From a virus (lineage: Duplodnaviria; Caudoviricetes): DNA of 24,600 nucleotides. The DNA lies in IMG/VR virus record IMGVR_UViG_3300031949_000147, positions 1-24,600 of that record. One strand, given 5' to 3'. This document shows, one piece after another, positions 1-9,912 of the stretch (positions within the stretch are counted from its first letter, which is position 1; the number at the start of each line of letters is the position of its first letter). The notes beneath the pieces are model-generated. The model was not told the DNA's origin and made no database searches. It saw nothing but the letters and a program-made list of their open reading frames with translations. Position numbers and translations under genes: made by a program.

Positions 1-952
1 GTTTTATGGTCTTATCTGCAACAACATCTAAAATTGCTTTGCTAAAAAGTTTCTTTGCACCTGGAATTGTTTTTAGGAGTGTTGAAATTTGAGCGACTTC
101 AATCCCTGCATTTATAACACCTATTCCAAAGGCCGCTCCCCTTGCGATATTGGGGTCTATCTGTTTGCCCTGTGCATCTTTAAGTGTAATTATTTCCGAT
201 AATGCAAGTCCACTCTCTTTTCTTAATGCCGATTCAAAAGCGCCCTCCGTTCCACCTATCATAAACCCCGCCTTCATCATTACAGGAACAAGCTCTGGCT
301 GCCCTGCTAATAGGGATATAAGTCCAAAACCCATGCCGATTGTCAGCCCCTTGCTTCCACCTTCCAATGCTGAATCCACCATCATCGGTAGTAACTTTGC
401 GGCAGACCTTACGGAATCTTCCAATCCTCCCTGAGATATAAATGTTTCTTCTGCCGTTGGCAGCCCTACATTGCGAATCTCATCAAGATATTTTGGATTG
501 CCTGATATAATATATTTATAGCCAAGTTCGCCTGTCTGATTTTGTTTTAGCCCTATATCCCATGACTGTCCGATTCTTTGTGTTATAGTGGAGTGCTTCA
601 TTGCAGCGATGGGATTTATTTCAATGTTCTTTTTAAGTTGGTCTGCAAATGTATAAGCTGTTGAAGGTGTAATTCCCCTGCCTAAACCATCAGGGTCTTT
701 ATATGTTTCGGATAATATAACCGCCTCTACTGCTTTTGCCGCTTCCTTTTGTGGATTATCAAAAAGGTTTATAACCGAATCCCATAATGATTGTGATTTG
801 CCCTGCTCAAAATAAACATTGCCCTCTTTAGGTGTTTGTGAAACATCAGAAGTCTCTTTGAGATTGAGAGGCGCAGCGTTATCCCAGTCGTCTTGCAATG
901 ACGACTGAGGTATCGGCTTTGCGCTTTCCCATTCTTCCTGAATAGTCGGCAT
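1..952 (-). CDS. Large internal virion/ejection protein (T7 gp16-like position), truncated at window edge
   Basis: Not in the ORF track. ATG at 952 overlaps the upstream stop (TAATG). Manual translation MPTIQEEWESAKPIPQSSLQDDWDNAAPLNLK... is open to at least position 421 and probably to the edge. Product inferred from position after the gp14/gp15-like genes. Confidence 0.65.
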   Translation of the reverse strand, partial: MPTIQEEWESAKPIPQSSLQDDWDNAAPLNLKETSDVSQTPKEGNVYFEQGKSQSLWDSVINLFDNPQKEAAKAVEAVILSETYKDPDGLGRGITPSTAYTFADQLKKNIEINPIAAMKHSTITQRIGQSWDIGLKQNQTGELGYKYIISGNPKYLDEIRNVGLPTAEETFISQGGLEDSVRSAAKLLPMMVDSALEGGSKGLTIGMGFGLISLLAGQPELVPVMMKAGFMIGGTEGAFESALRKESGLALSEIITLKDAQGKQIDPNIARGAAFGIGVINAGIEVAQISTLLKTIPGAKKLFSKAILDVVADKTIK

Positions 953-2670
953 TACTTCTCCTCTACTATTGTGCCATCGGAGTATTTAATAAGCGTCTTG
1001 CCTGACGCTGTTTTCCTGCGCTCAATTACTTTCTTGCCCTCTGTGGCTGGTTTAACCTGTTTACCTTTTACCTTCTCCGGCAATTCTCCAGCTATCTCTT
1101 TTGCTTTCTGGAATTTCAAGTCTCTGTCTGTAGTATCTTTTTTGAACCAGCTTGATACCATTTTGTTGAATACCTGATTTTCCAAGAACTCAGATAAACC
1201 TTTTTCAAAGTCAGGCTTGCCCCAATTATTGTATGCGTATGCTTTAACGAGGTCTCCATACTTCTGCTTCCATATAGCCTCGGCGTTCTTATCGTCAACA
1301 TTCAATGCCCCTGCAAGTGCTGACCCCTGGTTGACCTTTTGTAGTGCGCTTTTTACAGCGTCATTCTTCAATGGTTCTGCGGCTTCCTGTAGCTTCTTTA
1401 ATTTTAGGTATTGAGTGTTATCTATTTTACTTAGCGCAAGTGCAGAGGCTAAATCATAAGTCGCAAAATCAGGGTTAAGAAGTATAAGGCTTTCGTTTTC
1501 AGACTGCTCTATCTTTTTGTAGAACATTGCCTCTCTTACCGCTTTCATGTCCTCTCGTTTATCCGCTTTATTCTGCCTTATAATATAATCGGCATCTTTC
1601 CTCATGCTGTCCTGTAGTTTAGCCGCATATTCGGCATTATCATTTATGAGTTTTGACCATTGAGCATCAGTCAAATCACCTTGCTTGTTTATGCCATTTC
1701 TCTTTAGTGCTATCGGCACAAGTATATCATTGACTTCTTTTATCGCATCCGTCTTTATTTTTGCCTCATCAGTCTTTTTAACATTCCACATATCTTTGAT
1801 TTCTGCAATCGCTATATGCTCAGTCTCAGCATCAAGTTTTTTGCCCTTTACATTGTCAATCATAGTTTCAAGACTGCCGGATTTATCGTTCTTAAATATA
1901 TCCGTGCCTATATCAACCCCAGTCCGTCTTATAACTGCGGGCTTAATCTTTGCCTCTAATGCCGCTTGAGTTTTTGCTGTGAGGTCTTGCTTGACCACAT
2001 TAAAAACGTCTTTTGCGCTCTTTGGGTCTGTATTTAAAAGTTCGGTTATATGTGCTGAATACATTGCGCTTTTTGCTTCTATTGTCTCTATATCATAATC
2101 CGTTGCACTGATTGAGCCATTATCTTTTTGAGATTTTAAAGTTTTTTCGTAATTAATTATTGCCGTTGAAACATCGCCACTCTGCGCTAATTTTAATGAT
2201 GATTCAAAATCAAGTTTCCTTACGTCTGTCGCATAATTCTTTGATTCTCCTGCCTCATAAGAGGCAAGCTTGCTTTTTAAGCTATAATCGTGTGCGCTGA
2301 TATGTTTTTTTATCGCATTCTTAGAATATTCGCTACTGTCTTTAGTTGCGTATTTATCGTAAAGGGTTTTGGTAAATTCGCCAGCCCGGAATTGACTTTC
2401 AGAAGCGTTTATACCTTTGTTTTCCTGTTTAAATTTTGTTTCAAACGCCAGTATATCATTATTGATTTTAGAACCAATCTCAATTAGTTTATTGCCTTCT
2501 TTTTGCTTCTCAATTTTCGCAAATACATCAGCAACATCCCCTATCCCCTTGCCTAAACTGCTTATCCCTGCGCCTACTATGCCTGCGCCCGATGCCGAAG
2601 GGATAGGCGCTCTTGCGCTTGGCGCTTCGCCTGAGATTGTCTTATTCTGCTGATATGGGACTATTGGCAT
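952..2670 (-). CDS. Internal virion/ejection protein (gp15-like position)
   Basis: 572 aa, helical and Lys/Glu-rich. N-terminus MPIVPYQQ...GAGISSLGKGIGDVA is typical of podophage ejection proteins. Synteny. Confidence 0.6.
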   Translation of the reverse strand: MPIVPYQQNKTISGEAPSARAPIPSASGAGIVGAGISSLGKGIGDVADVFAKIEKQKEGNKLIEIGSKINNDILAFETKFKQENKGINASESQFRAGEFTKTLYDKYATKDSSEYSKNAIKKHISAHDYSLKSKLASYEAGESKNYATDVRKLDFESSLKLAQSGDVSTAIINYEKTLKSQKDNGSISATDYDIETIEAKSAMYSAHITELLNTDPKSAKDVFNVVKQDLTAKTQAALEAKIKPAVIRRTGVDIGTDIFKNDKSGSLETMIDNVKGKKLDAETEHIAIAEIKDMWNVKKTDEAKIKTDAIKEVNDILVPIALKRNGINKQGDLTDAQWSKLINDNAEYAAKLQDSMRKDADYIIRQNKADKREDMKAVREAMFYKKIEQSENESLILLNPDFATYDLASALALSKIDNTQYLKLKKLQEAAEPLKNDAVKSALQKVNQGSALAGALNVDDKNAEAIWKQKYGDLVKAYAYNNWGKPDFEKGLSEFLENQVFNKMVSSWFKKDTTDRDLKFQKAKEIAGELPEKVKGKQVKPATEGKKVIERRKTASGKTLIKYSDGTIVEEK

Positions 2671-2673
2671 AGA

Positions 2674-3183
2674 TTACCCTCCACTTCCATATTTATATGC
2701 ACCATACACCTTTGCGCCCGAACTTAAAAGTGATGATCCTGCCTGATAATAACTTGCCGTTTGAGCGTTCTTTCCCGCTTGCTTATACAGAGACCCGCCC
2801 ATTCTTAAACCGCCTGCCTCACTTCTCTTGTTAATCTCCGCAACATCACCGCCATACTTAATTGCCAATTCATCAAGCTTGCCCTTCTTGACAGTATCTT
2901 CCATGACCAGAAGCGGAGAACCTGCTGAAGCTTCAATGCCTGACTTGCCGTATTCAGCCCTTTGCATACTTAGAAAGCTCCGAACCTTATCGGCATGTAT
3001 TTTAGCGTCATACTCTGCTTTTTGCTTGGCTGCCTGTCCTTCTTGCTCCGCTACCTGAGCATTATAGTTAGCGATTGTCTGCTGATTCTCACCCGCTACT
3101 TTTGCATCATGCCCCGCTTTTAAAGTTCCATAAGTTGATACTGCGCCTGCTGCTACTAAAGCAATGGTTACAGGGTCAAACAT
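2674..3183 (-). CDS. Internal virion protein (T7 gp14-like)
   Basis: 169 aa Ala/Gly/Gln-rich; MFDPVTIALVAAGAVS, QRAEYGKSGI..AGSPL motif; follows nozzle and GNAT. Confidence 0.75.
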   Translation of the reverse strand: MFDPVTIALVAAGAVSTYGTLKAGHDAKVAGENQQTIANYNAQVAEQEGQAAKQKAEYDAKIHADKVRSFLSMQRAEYGKSGIEASAGSPLLVMEDTVKKGKLDELAIKYGGDVAEINKRSEAGGLRMGGSLYKQAGKNAQTASYYQAGSSLLSSGAKVYGAYKYGSGG

Positions 3184-3616
3184 TGATTTCTCTCCTCATC
3201 ATGCACCGAGTTAATTTATATCCTCTTTTCCCCCAAAATTTCATACCTTCGGGAAAACAAAAAAACTCTAACACCTCTGCGCCTTTTTTAATGGCAATGC
3301 TAACAATAGTCTTGTAGAGTCCTGCTGCTGCCGAGCCTTTCCTGTATTCGGGCAGGATAAAAAAATGTTGTCCCACGCCGTGAATCTTCCCTGTTGAAGG
3401 CTCTGGAAATATAAAGCCGTCAACAAAGCCTATAATTTCATCTTCTTTCTGAGCAACTACAATTTTATATCCAGTTGTCTCTTGTGCTAAAAAAGATTTA
3501 CACATACTTGCCCACCAGTTTTTATTCGGTGTCAATTCAGGGCGCATCTCATTAACCATCATTTCCCATAAGATACTGATATTTTCAACATCGTCCTTTG
3601 TCGCTTCTCGTATCAT
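3176..3616 (-). CDS. GNAT-family acetyltransferase (T7 gp13-like position)
   Basis: MIREATKDD start, IIGFV strand, FFILPEYRKGSAAAGL acetyl-CoA motif, FWGKRGY C-terminal motif. Confidence 0.8.
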   Translation of the reverse strand: MIREATKDDVENISILWEMMVNEMRPELTPNKNWWASMCKSFLAQETTGYKIVVAQKEDEIIGFVDGFIFPEPSTGKIHGVGQHFFILPEYRKGSAAAGLYKTIVSIAIKKGAEVLEFFCFPEGMKFWGKRGYKLTRCMMRREINV

Positions 3617-6396
3617 ACATCCACCTCAAAAGTTACGCCTACAACAGTTAATGGCAGTGGGTTATCCTGCACAATCATAACCCTTGAATCCCTGTTATAA
3701 TCTCCATCAAAGCCCGGATTATCTGTAACATCGCCTGTAAATAATGCCGATGCCTGTCCCATAGGTGTCTGAGGGTCGCGGTATTTAACAACCTTTAGAT
3801 TATCAGCATCAGTGCCACACTTGAAAGTTCCTGAGCGATAGACCCTTGCAAAAACCTTGATTATCCGTCTTATAAGTGATTGAGAAGTCCCTACTTTAAG
3901 TGGAATTGAAGGACGCATCAGCTGTAATGTCCCTGTATATCCAAGCCCGACATGAGCGACTAAGGCTGATCTGTCCAGTGTTATCCTACCGTTTGAGACA
4001 GTCTTATTTGCATGTGGCCCGCCATTTGCAAGTATGGCTACTGATTCGCCGTTAAGATGCCATAATCCAGTTATAGTTGATGTAGCCGTGCTGTTATATG
4101 TCAATCCTGAGTCAACAAAGAATGCATTAAGCCCGTTATTGCTGATATATGTTGCTGATGTATCGTCAAATCTTTCTTCAAGCATCTCAACATAGCGAAC
4201 AGTTGCACCATTGATTGTTCGCTTAATTACCGCCCATAGTTCGTCATATCCACTTCCGGGGATAACTGCAATACTTTCTACCTCTGCCGTTCCCATAGGG
4301 TGTCTGTGCCAGCCTATAACATCCTCGTCCCGCATGTATGTAAGTCCTATAAGAACACCATCATCCCTTATGCACCAGAGTATTGACGCTGGCTCCTGCT
4401 GATAAGCCATACCAACAATCCCGCCCTTAGAGATATGCTCCGCAAGTATTGTCATATCAGGAGCTACAAAACCATCGGTCTCAAACTTATATGTAAACTC
4501 CCTTATCTTCCTTCCGGCTCTTTGCAAGAACATTGTGGAAGAGCCTATTGTAACAGGTATATAATTCGCACAGCCATAGGTCGTCTGTTGTTTTGCTATA
4601 ACATTTGTCGGTGTTAGCGCTGTACCTGTATCTTCAGGCCCCAGCCGCCATTCACCCGCCATTGTGCCGAGAATTAAATAATCTCTTGACTCAATCCACC
4701 TTATAACATTAACCTGCTTGCCGCCGAGTGTAAATTCATAAGAGTCAGAAGCGTCAGACCCCGGAGTGAAATTCTCGTAATCACCAGATACCGAACCCCA
4801 GACTGTATCGGGATATGCCGCCGTTCCTGCCAAAGCGAGCCTATTTTCAAAAAATGTCCCACAAACAGGATAACCATTTGTAGTAGACCACATATCACTT
4901 TCTAAACTCCACGTTGTAGAGGCTGTAACAGCCGTAAGCTCTTTCAATATTTTTCCCTTAACCTGTGTTGCATTGACATACTGTGTAATCTTAATAAAGC
5001 CGCTGTTAATGCGTATATATTTGCCTTCATCTGAACTTCTGAAAAGGTCTGCCGTTGCTACAACATCCGACTTCTGAAGAAAATCATCGTCAGGGCTTGC
5101 CTCTGTGCTTTTTGTATCGGGATCCGCTCCGTCAACAAGCCTGATGTAAATAGTGCTATACCCAAGAGTATCATTGTCCCCCCAGCCCCATTGTGTTAAG
5201 CCGAGAGAACCTACAGCCCCTTCTATTGCAAGCACCGCATTAATATAGACTCTATCAGGCTTGGAAGAGGCATAAAAAGGCGCAGTGTTGAGCATGTAAT
5301 ATTCGTTAGTTCCAGAGCCAGAAGCCGTCCAATCGCTTACAGGCGGGTCTTCGTGATTTAAAATATTTGTGAATGTCTCGCTTTCACCTGATGATGTAAG
5401 AGTGCAGATTGCTCCGATAGGAGTCTTGATTGAAGGCGTAAGGCTGCCGTTTGGACTTCCGTTTATCTTCCATGAACCAGATGCTATAGCATCAGTGCTT
5501 GCAAATGCGTCAGTTATGGCGCATGATACCTGTGTCGTTGAGCTAAAAGATACTATAGTTGCCTTCCCTGCTCCTGAACTTATAACCCTGCCAACATCCC
5601 CCGTCTGGAATACGGCAGCTCCCGCAGTAAATGTTACTGAGTCGCCAGTTGTTGCCGCAGGTGTAAGTGTCGCATCCGGTGATATACCCTGCTCTGATGT
5701 TGCAGGAGGATTAAATGCAATAGTCGTTAATGTCCATGATGTATGTCCAGTTCTTGTTAGTTTTCTTGGCGCATAACTGCCATGTAATAAATAAAGCGTA
5801 TCTGCTGACTGACAGTATTTAATGCCTGTCAAATCAACTTCAGCGTAAGGACTGGTTATCTGATATATTTCCGCAACTGTGCCGCCCGATGTATATGTAG
5901 TATATGCCGAACTATTAATCCCTGAGAGTTCAAAAGTATTGTTGCCCGTGCTGACGTTAGCGACTTGAAATTCTCTGTTATTAACCTCTGTCATGCCTAC
6001 AACGCCTGAGATTAAAACCCTGTCGCCATTAGCATAAGTGTCTGAACCATCGTAAGTTACAACTGCGGGGCTTGCCTTTGTAATACCCGTTATATTCTGA
6101 GCCGTAAGTGTGATAGGCGCTTGATTGCGAAAGAACCTGATATACTCTTTTCCAAATTCAAGCATATAAGCCTGAGTAGAGGAAAATTCAAAGGGAATGA
6201 GAACTGAGGCTTCTGTTGCTCCGTCTCTTGTTGCGCCTATAAACCTAAAGCCCTGACGATATACCGCAGGGCCATGTGGATAGAGATAGAAATTCTCCAG
6301 CTTATAACAGGCATTGGCATACTTTTCAAGTGTTACTTGCCCTTCAAGCAGTTCACTCCATTCACCGCCTGTAAAGTTCGTCTGAAATAGTCGCAA
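3613..6396 (-). CDS. Tail tubular protein B / nozzle (stabilization protein)
   Basis: 927 aa; QTNFTGGEWS N-terminus, LIPFEFSSTQAYMLEFG..YIRF, GYP.CGTFFENRL, GWHRH and VGLGY motifs; TTG start with GAGGGGAG RBS. Confidence 0.85.
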   Translation of the reverse strand: MRLFQTNFTGGEWSELLEGQVTLEKYANACYKLENFYLYPHGPAVYRQGFRFIGATRDGATEASVLIPFEFSSTQAYMLEFGKEYIRFFRNQAPITLTAQNITGITKASPAVVTYDGSDTYANGDRVLISGVVGMTEVNNREFQVANVSTGNNTFELSGINSSAYTTYTSGGTVAEIYQITSPYAEVDLTGIKYCQSADTLYLLHGSYAPRKLTRTGHTSWTLTTIAFNPPATSEQGISPDATLTPAATTGDSVTFTAGAAVFQTGDVGRVISSGAGKATIVSFSSTTQVSCAITDAFASTDAIASGSWKINGSPNGSLTPSIKTPIGAICTLTSSGESETFTNILNHEDPPVSDWTASGSGTNEYYMLNTAPFYASSKPDRVYINAVLAIEGAVGSLGLTQWGWGDNDTLGYSTIYIRLVDGADPDTKSTEASPDDDFLQKSDVVATADLFRSSDEGKYIRINSGFIKITQYVNATQVKGKILKELTAVTASTTWSLESDMWSTTNGYPVCGTFFENRLALAGTAAYPDTVWGSVSGDYENFTPGSDASDSYEFTLGGKQVNVIRWIESRDYLILGTMAGEWRLGPEDTGTALTPTNVIAKQQTTYGCANYIPVTIGSSTMFLQRAGRKIREFTYKFETDGFVAPDMTILAEHISKGGIVGMAYQQEPASILWCIRDDGVLIGLTYMRDEDVIGWHRHPMGTAEVESIAVIPGSGYDELWAVIKRTINGATVRYVEMLEERFDDTSATYISNNGLNAFFVDSGLTYNSTATSTITGLWHLNGESVAILANGGPHANKTVSNGRITLDRSALVAHVGLGYTGTLQLMRPSIPLKVGTSQSLIRRIIKVFARVYRSGTFKCGTDADNLKVVKYRDPQTPMGQASALFTGDVTDNPGFDGDYNRDSRVMIVQDNPLPLTVVGVTFEVDV

Positions 6397-7002
6397 TTAT
6401 CTCCCCTCTTTTTGCCATGTGTAAAGTCCTTCGTCAACGGGCTTTTCATTGTCATCATCAAAGGGATTGCCTTCAAAGGCATTAAGCCTGTATGCCTCTT
6501 TCTGATAAATCAGATACTCTTTTTTCAGCAATTCCCTCATAGCCTTACCTGCCTCACCCGCCAGTTTAGGCGCAAGTTCTATCGCCAGTTCAAAGGCAAA
6601 ACAGATACAAAATTCAGACGTATATAGCGATATATCCGTAATCTGTTTGATATACTGGATAATCACGCTATCATCGGTTTCAAGGTCATTGGTTAAGAGC
6701 TTATTGCCCTCAACTACAAACTTAGAACCCGAAAACAATTTCCACACCCTCAGACATCCAGACGGCAGGGAATACTCATAATCGTATTCATCCCCTAATG
6801 GAGTTGTGGTAGTATGTGCTCCCAAATCAGCCCGCGCCATTGCAAAGTTCCACGGAAATTTCTTTAGCAGTTCATCACGCTTGATATTCCATATCGCCTT
6901 CAATGAACGGGCTTCTTTGGATGTGGTATCGTTTATGTCGGTGATTGTAACATCCCCGAATTTGATAAGAGAGAGATTGCATATCTCAATCTGAGATGAC
7001 AT
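6397..7002 (-). CDS. Tail tubular protein A / head-tail adaptor
   Basis: SQIEICNLSL, PWNFA, YEYSLPSGCLRV motifs; directly upstream of the nozzle. Confidence 0.85.
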   Translation of the reverse strand: MSSQIEICNLSLIKFGDVTITDINDTTSKEARSLKAIWNIKRDELLKKFPWNFAMARADLGAHTTTTPLGDEYDYEYSLPSGCLRVWKLFSGSKFVVEGNKLLTNDLETDDSVIIQYIKQITDISLYTSEFCICFAFELAIELAPKLAGEAGKAMRELLKKEYLIYQKEAYRLNAFEGNPFDDDNEKPVDEGLYTWQKEGR

Positions 7003-7005
7003 TTT

Positions 7006-7389
7006 TTATAGCCCTCTTGCTTTTTTAGCTTTGGTTAATTCCATCTCCAGCCTCTTTAAGCCCCATCGCTTATCGTAGGCTGCGCCCATGCCTTCAATCT
7101 CAGCCCTTATCTCATCAATCCTTGTCTCTTCGTCTGTATCTGGATAAACGGGCTGTGGCGGTATCTTTGCGCCCTGTTCTTTAAGTTCTGCAATAGCCGC
7201 ATCTGCCGCCTCGTTTTCAGGACTGCAATGATTGAGTATGCCTGACATCGGCTTACCAGTCTTGGGATGCACTCCTAATGCAACCTCTGCCGCTAAATCA
7301 CCCTCGCCGATTGTCAACACGGCGTCTTCCCTTCGCACTATTCCACCGAAAATAAACGAACTCTGAACTGAAAATTTACCGTCTGACAT
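7006..7389 (-). CDS. Hypothetical phage protein (possible short helical HeH/Rho-N-like C-terminal domain)
   Basis: 127-aa ORF coupled within the late operon; C-terminal IRAEIEGMGAAYDKRWGLKRLEMEL. Confidence 0.55.
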   Translation of the reverse strand: MSDGKFSVQSSFIFGGIVRREDAVLTIGEGDLAAEVALGVHPKTGKPMSGILNHCSPENEAADAAIAELKEQGAKIPPQPVYPDTDEETRIDEIRAEIEGMGAAYDKRWGLKRLEMELTKAKKARGL

Positions 7390-7395
7390 AAATCT

Positions 7396-7632
7396 CTAAG
7401 CCTCCTTTTTTTCTTCTTTGTAAGTTCCTTTAAATCTGCCCTTTGCCTGTTTCTCCATATCCTCAGGGCTTCCCATTACCTCGTGCAATGCTGCCATTTC
7501 CTCTTTCATTAATCCCATTGCAGCCTTCATGCGCTTGGGGTCTTTCTTAATCATTTCGGCTTCCTTCATTGTCCGAGCATCTGATTCGCTCCGATATTTA
7601 ATATCGTCTGCTGTTGCTGGCATGTTTTTCAA
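7396..7632 (-). CDS. Small hypothetical phage protein
   Basis: 78 aa; AAGGAGGA RBS about 9 nt before the TTG start; ESDARTMKEAEMIKKDPKRMKAA. Confidence 0.6.
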   Translation of the reverse strand: MKNMPATADDIKYRSESDARTMKEAEMIKKDPKRMKAAMGLMKEEMAALHEVMGSPEDMEKQAKGRFKGTYKEEKKEA

Positions 7633-7655
7633 TTCTGCTATCCTCCTTATTTAGT

Positions 7656-7678
7656 GGAGAGGGCTTTACACCCTCTCC
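7656..7678. terminator. Stem-loop after the cement gene (terminator or mRNA stabiliser)
   Basis: Perfect 8-bp stem GGAGAGGG/CCCTCTCC with 7-nt loop. The T-tract follows only on the plus strand, so termination of the minus-strand operon is uncertain. Confidence 0.45.
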
Positions 7679-7691
7679 TGTTTTTACTACC

Positions 7692-8153
7692 TTACACCCT
7701 TACAGGTGCTGTGTTCTGTGTCGGTGCGCCCATCTGAATCCCTGCATTAACCGTTCCTACTGATGCCGAATGGTCTCCTGTGGTCGTGTATAGAACCGTC
7801 AGAAACCTTCTGAGTGAATGAGGAAGCGGGACATTGATTATCTCATACCCTGCAACGAGTGTCGCAATCGGTATGGCGTTTGCCGAATCAATGCCTATGC
7901 CGGTTGGCTTGTAAGTGCCATCTGCCGTTGCACAGTCCTGAAGTTCAAGATAGAGCGCCGTTCCTGCGGTCGGCTTTGTATCTATCGTAACAACAAGCCT
8001 CGGCCCGCCTTCAGGCCCGAACTGAGCAAGGATTGTCCCAGTATGGTCATACTGTGCGCCTAAGTCAACGACACTTTCCGATACCACTGTCGTTGCATTG
8101 GCTGTTATCGCCTGAGCGTCTGAAAACAAAAGCTGTGAGTCTCTTCTGCTCAT
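7692..8153 (-). CDS. Capsid cement/decoration protein (Bbp16-like)
   Basis: DSQLLFSDAQAIT...VSESVVDLG, LRRFLTVLYT motifs; directly after the major capsid gene; GGAGGAGG RBS. Confidence 0.8.
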   Translation of the reverse strand: MSRRDSQLLFSDAQAITANATTVVSESVVDLGAQYDHTGTILAQFGPEGGPRLVVTIDTKPTAGTALYLELQDCATADGTYKPTGIGIDSANAIPIATLVAGYEIINVPLPHSLRRFLTVLYTTTGDHSASVGTVNAGIQMGAPTQNTAPVRV

Positions 8154-8171
8154 AGTATTTTCACCTCCTCC

Positions 8172-9146
8172 TTAGGATATAGCCGTTTCTGTATTAAGCA
8201 GGACTTCACGCGCTATCTTGCGGATAGGCACACTCTGAAAATACAGAGGCGGTTCACCACTCAAAGCGTTTCCACCCGGAGTGTAGTTAACATTGGTTTT
8301 ATCTTTAGCCCTTATCTGCATCTGGGTAAGGATTGTCTCGTTAACATATATCCTTGTCCCCGCGCCTGTCTCCATGTTGTTAAGGAGAGTGATAAGGTCG
8401 TCCTCATCAAAGGTGTTGCTTGCCCCTGCGCTCTCAATGTTGGCAATCCTGCCGATTGCTCTTGGATTCCTTACAACCAGACCGCATCTGATTACAAAGT
8501 GATCTCTGTAAATCTCCATAAGCCCGTCTGAGGTCTCTGATGTTACCTGTCCCTTATCCTCATGCTGAACGCCGATATTTGCAGCCATGTTCTTAGGATA
8601 GGTCAAGAAAGCGTATTGCTGCCCCCATGTTGCAATATAGACGCTTGTAACATCTGAGCCTGTTCCGCTTGCGCCTATGACAAACCTTGAGTCAATCGTG
8701 CCGAGCCTTGCAGCCAGTCCGTGCATTGAGTCCGGGTCTGAGTTTGCGTTTGCATACAGGATGTCGGAAACAATTGTCTGTCCTAATCCTTCTATAAACG
8801 CATCCACCTCGCCGCTTCTGAATACTGCCGGAGACGGCATAGAATCAACAAGAGCCGCATCCACATCACAGTAATCTTCAAGGGTCTCTATAACATCCAG
8901 TATCTCAGTTGTCCTTGATACTGAAGCCGTAACCCTCTGATTGAGTTTCCTTCTTGTGCCTGTCGGTAATGATGCCCTTCTGGTCGTCTTGTTAGTCCAT
9001 ACATCGTTAGACGGCAGCCAAGGAGCATCTGTAAGTATCTCGCCCATTTTGCGGTTCAGGACTTCTACAATCTGAGCCTGATTACCGCTTGGGTCAATCC
9101 TTTTCGCCTGCTCTACAAGCGAGTATTTAGAAACTAAAGTAGCCAC
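8172..9146 (-). CDS. Major capsid protein (BPP-1 Bbp17/epsilon15 gp7-like HK97 fold)
   Basis: 324 aa; SLVEQAKRIDP, LPTGTRRKLNQ, GLVVRNPRAIGRIANI, LLNTETAI; GTG start with AAGGAGG RBS. Confidence 0.9.
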   Translation of the reverse strand: MATLVSKYSLVEQAKRIDPSGNQAQIVEVLNRKMGEILTDAPWLPSNDVWTNKTTRRASLPTGTRRKLNQRVTASVSRTTEILDVIETLEDYCDVDAALVDSMPSPAVFRSGEVDAFIEGLGQTIVSDILYANANSDPDSMHGLAARLGTIDSRFVIGASGTGSDVTSVYIATWGQQYAFLTYPKNMAANIGVQHEDKGQVTSETSDGLMEIYRDHFVIRCGLVVRNPRAIGRIANIESAGASNTFDEDDLITLLNNMETGAGTRIYVNETILTQMQIRAKDKTNVNYTPGGNALSGEPPLYFQSVPIRKIAREVLLNTETAIS

Positions 9147-9158
9147 TTTAGTCCTCCT

Positions 9159-9908
9159 TTATTTTTTAAACTTCGTCTTAGGGAAGCGAGACTGGGCTTT
9201 TGCCTCATCGTCAGGTTCCCCTCCTCCTGAACCCCCTCTATCACCTGTTGCGCTATCATCCATGATAGACTTTGCAATGTTGGCAAAGAGTTTCAAAAAG
9301 ACCGGATGATTGCCTAATGACACACCATCCGCCATTGTCTTATCTATAAACTCCGCTACATCGTCATTGCTAAATTCATTGAAAGCTCTGTGTGCAAGTT
9401 CAACGTTCTTTTTATAGTCGTCTCCCTTCCACTCGTCTTTCAGGGAATTAATAGTTTTGTCTATCGCTTCCTTGCTCTTAGCCGTTTCCGAGGCAACAAG
9501 TCCGTAATACCAACTATAGATACCACTTGCCTGTTTATCGGAGAGACCCTCTTTATGTGCAAATGTGCGATAGGCAGCCTCCACCTCTGGACTGTAAAGC
9601 TCATCAGGTAAAGAGTCTGGTTTTTTAATGGAGTATCCTTCAGCCTTCTCAGGCCTGCCGAGCTTCGTAAAGAAAGAAGCTCTATCCTCATCAGTAGCTT
9701 TCTCATCAGGAATCGCTATCACCTTGCCTTCCGCATCAAGCAGGGTCGCAAACTTATCCCAAGCCTTTGCAGGCTCTTCAAATGTGGAAAACCTTGCGTC
9801 TGTCTTGTAAGCATCCGGCAGACTGCTCATCCATTTTGGAAATTCTACTGATACGCTCTTATCTCCGCCCTCGTCGCCTCCGGCCTCAATATTAGTGTCC
9901 TCGTCCAT
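9159..9908 (-). CDS. Capsid assembly scaffolding protein
   Basis: WMSSLPD, FFTKLGRPE, LKDEWKGDDY, LGNHPVFLKLFANI motifs; upstream of the capsid gene. Confidence 0.8.
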   Translation of the reverse strand: MDEDTNIEAGGDEGGDKSVSVEFPKWMSSLPDAYKTDARFSTFEEPAKAWDKFATLLDAEGKVIAIPDEKATDEDRASFFTKLGRPEKAEGYSIKKPDSLPDELYSPEVEAAYRTFAHKEGLSDKQASGIYSWYYGLVASETAKSKEAIDKTINSLKDEWKGDDYKKNVELAHRAFNEFSNDDVAEFIDKTMADGVSLGNHPVFLKLFANIAKSIMDDSATGDRGGSGGGEPDDEAKAQSRFPKTKFKK

Positions 9909-9912
9909 AAAT

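Noticed and set aside
8153-8200. Programmed frameshift or readthrough extending the capsid protein
   Set aside because: Clean TAA, strong separate RBS for the cement gene, and no slippery heptamer seen.
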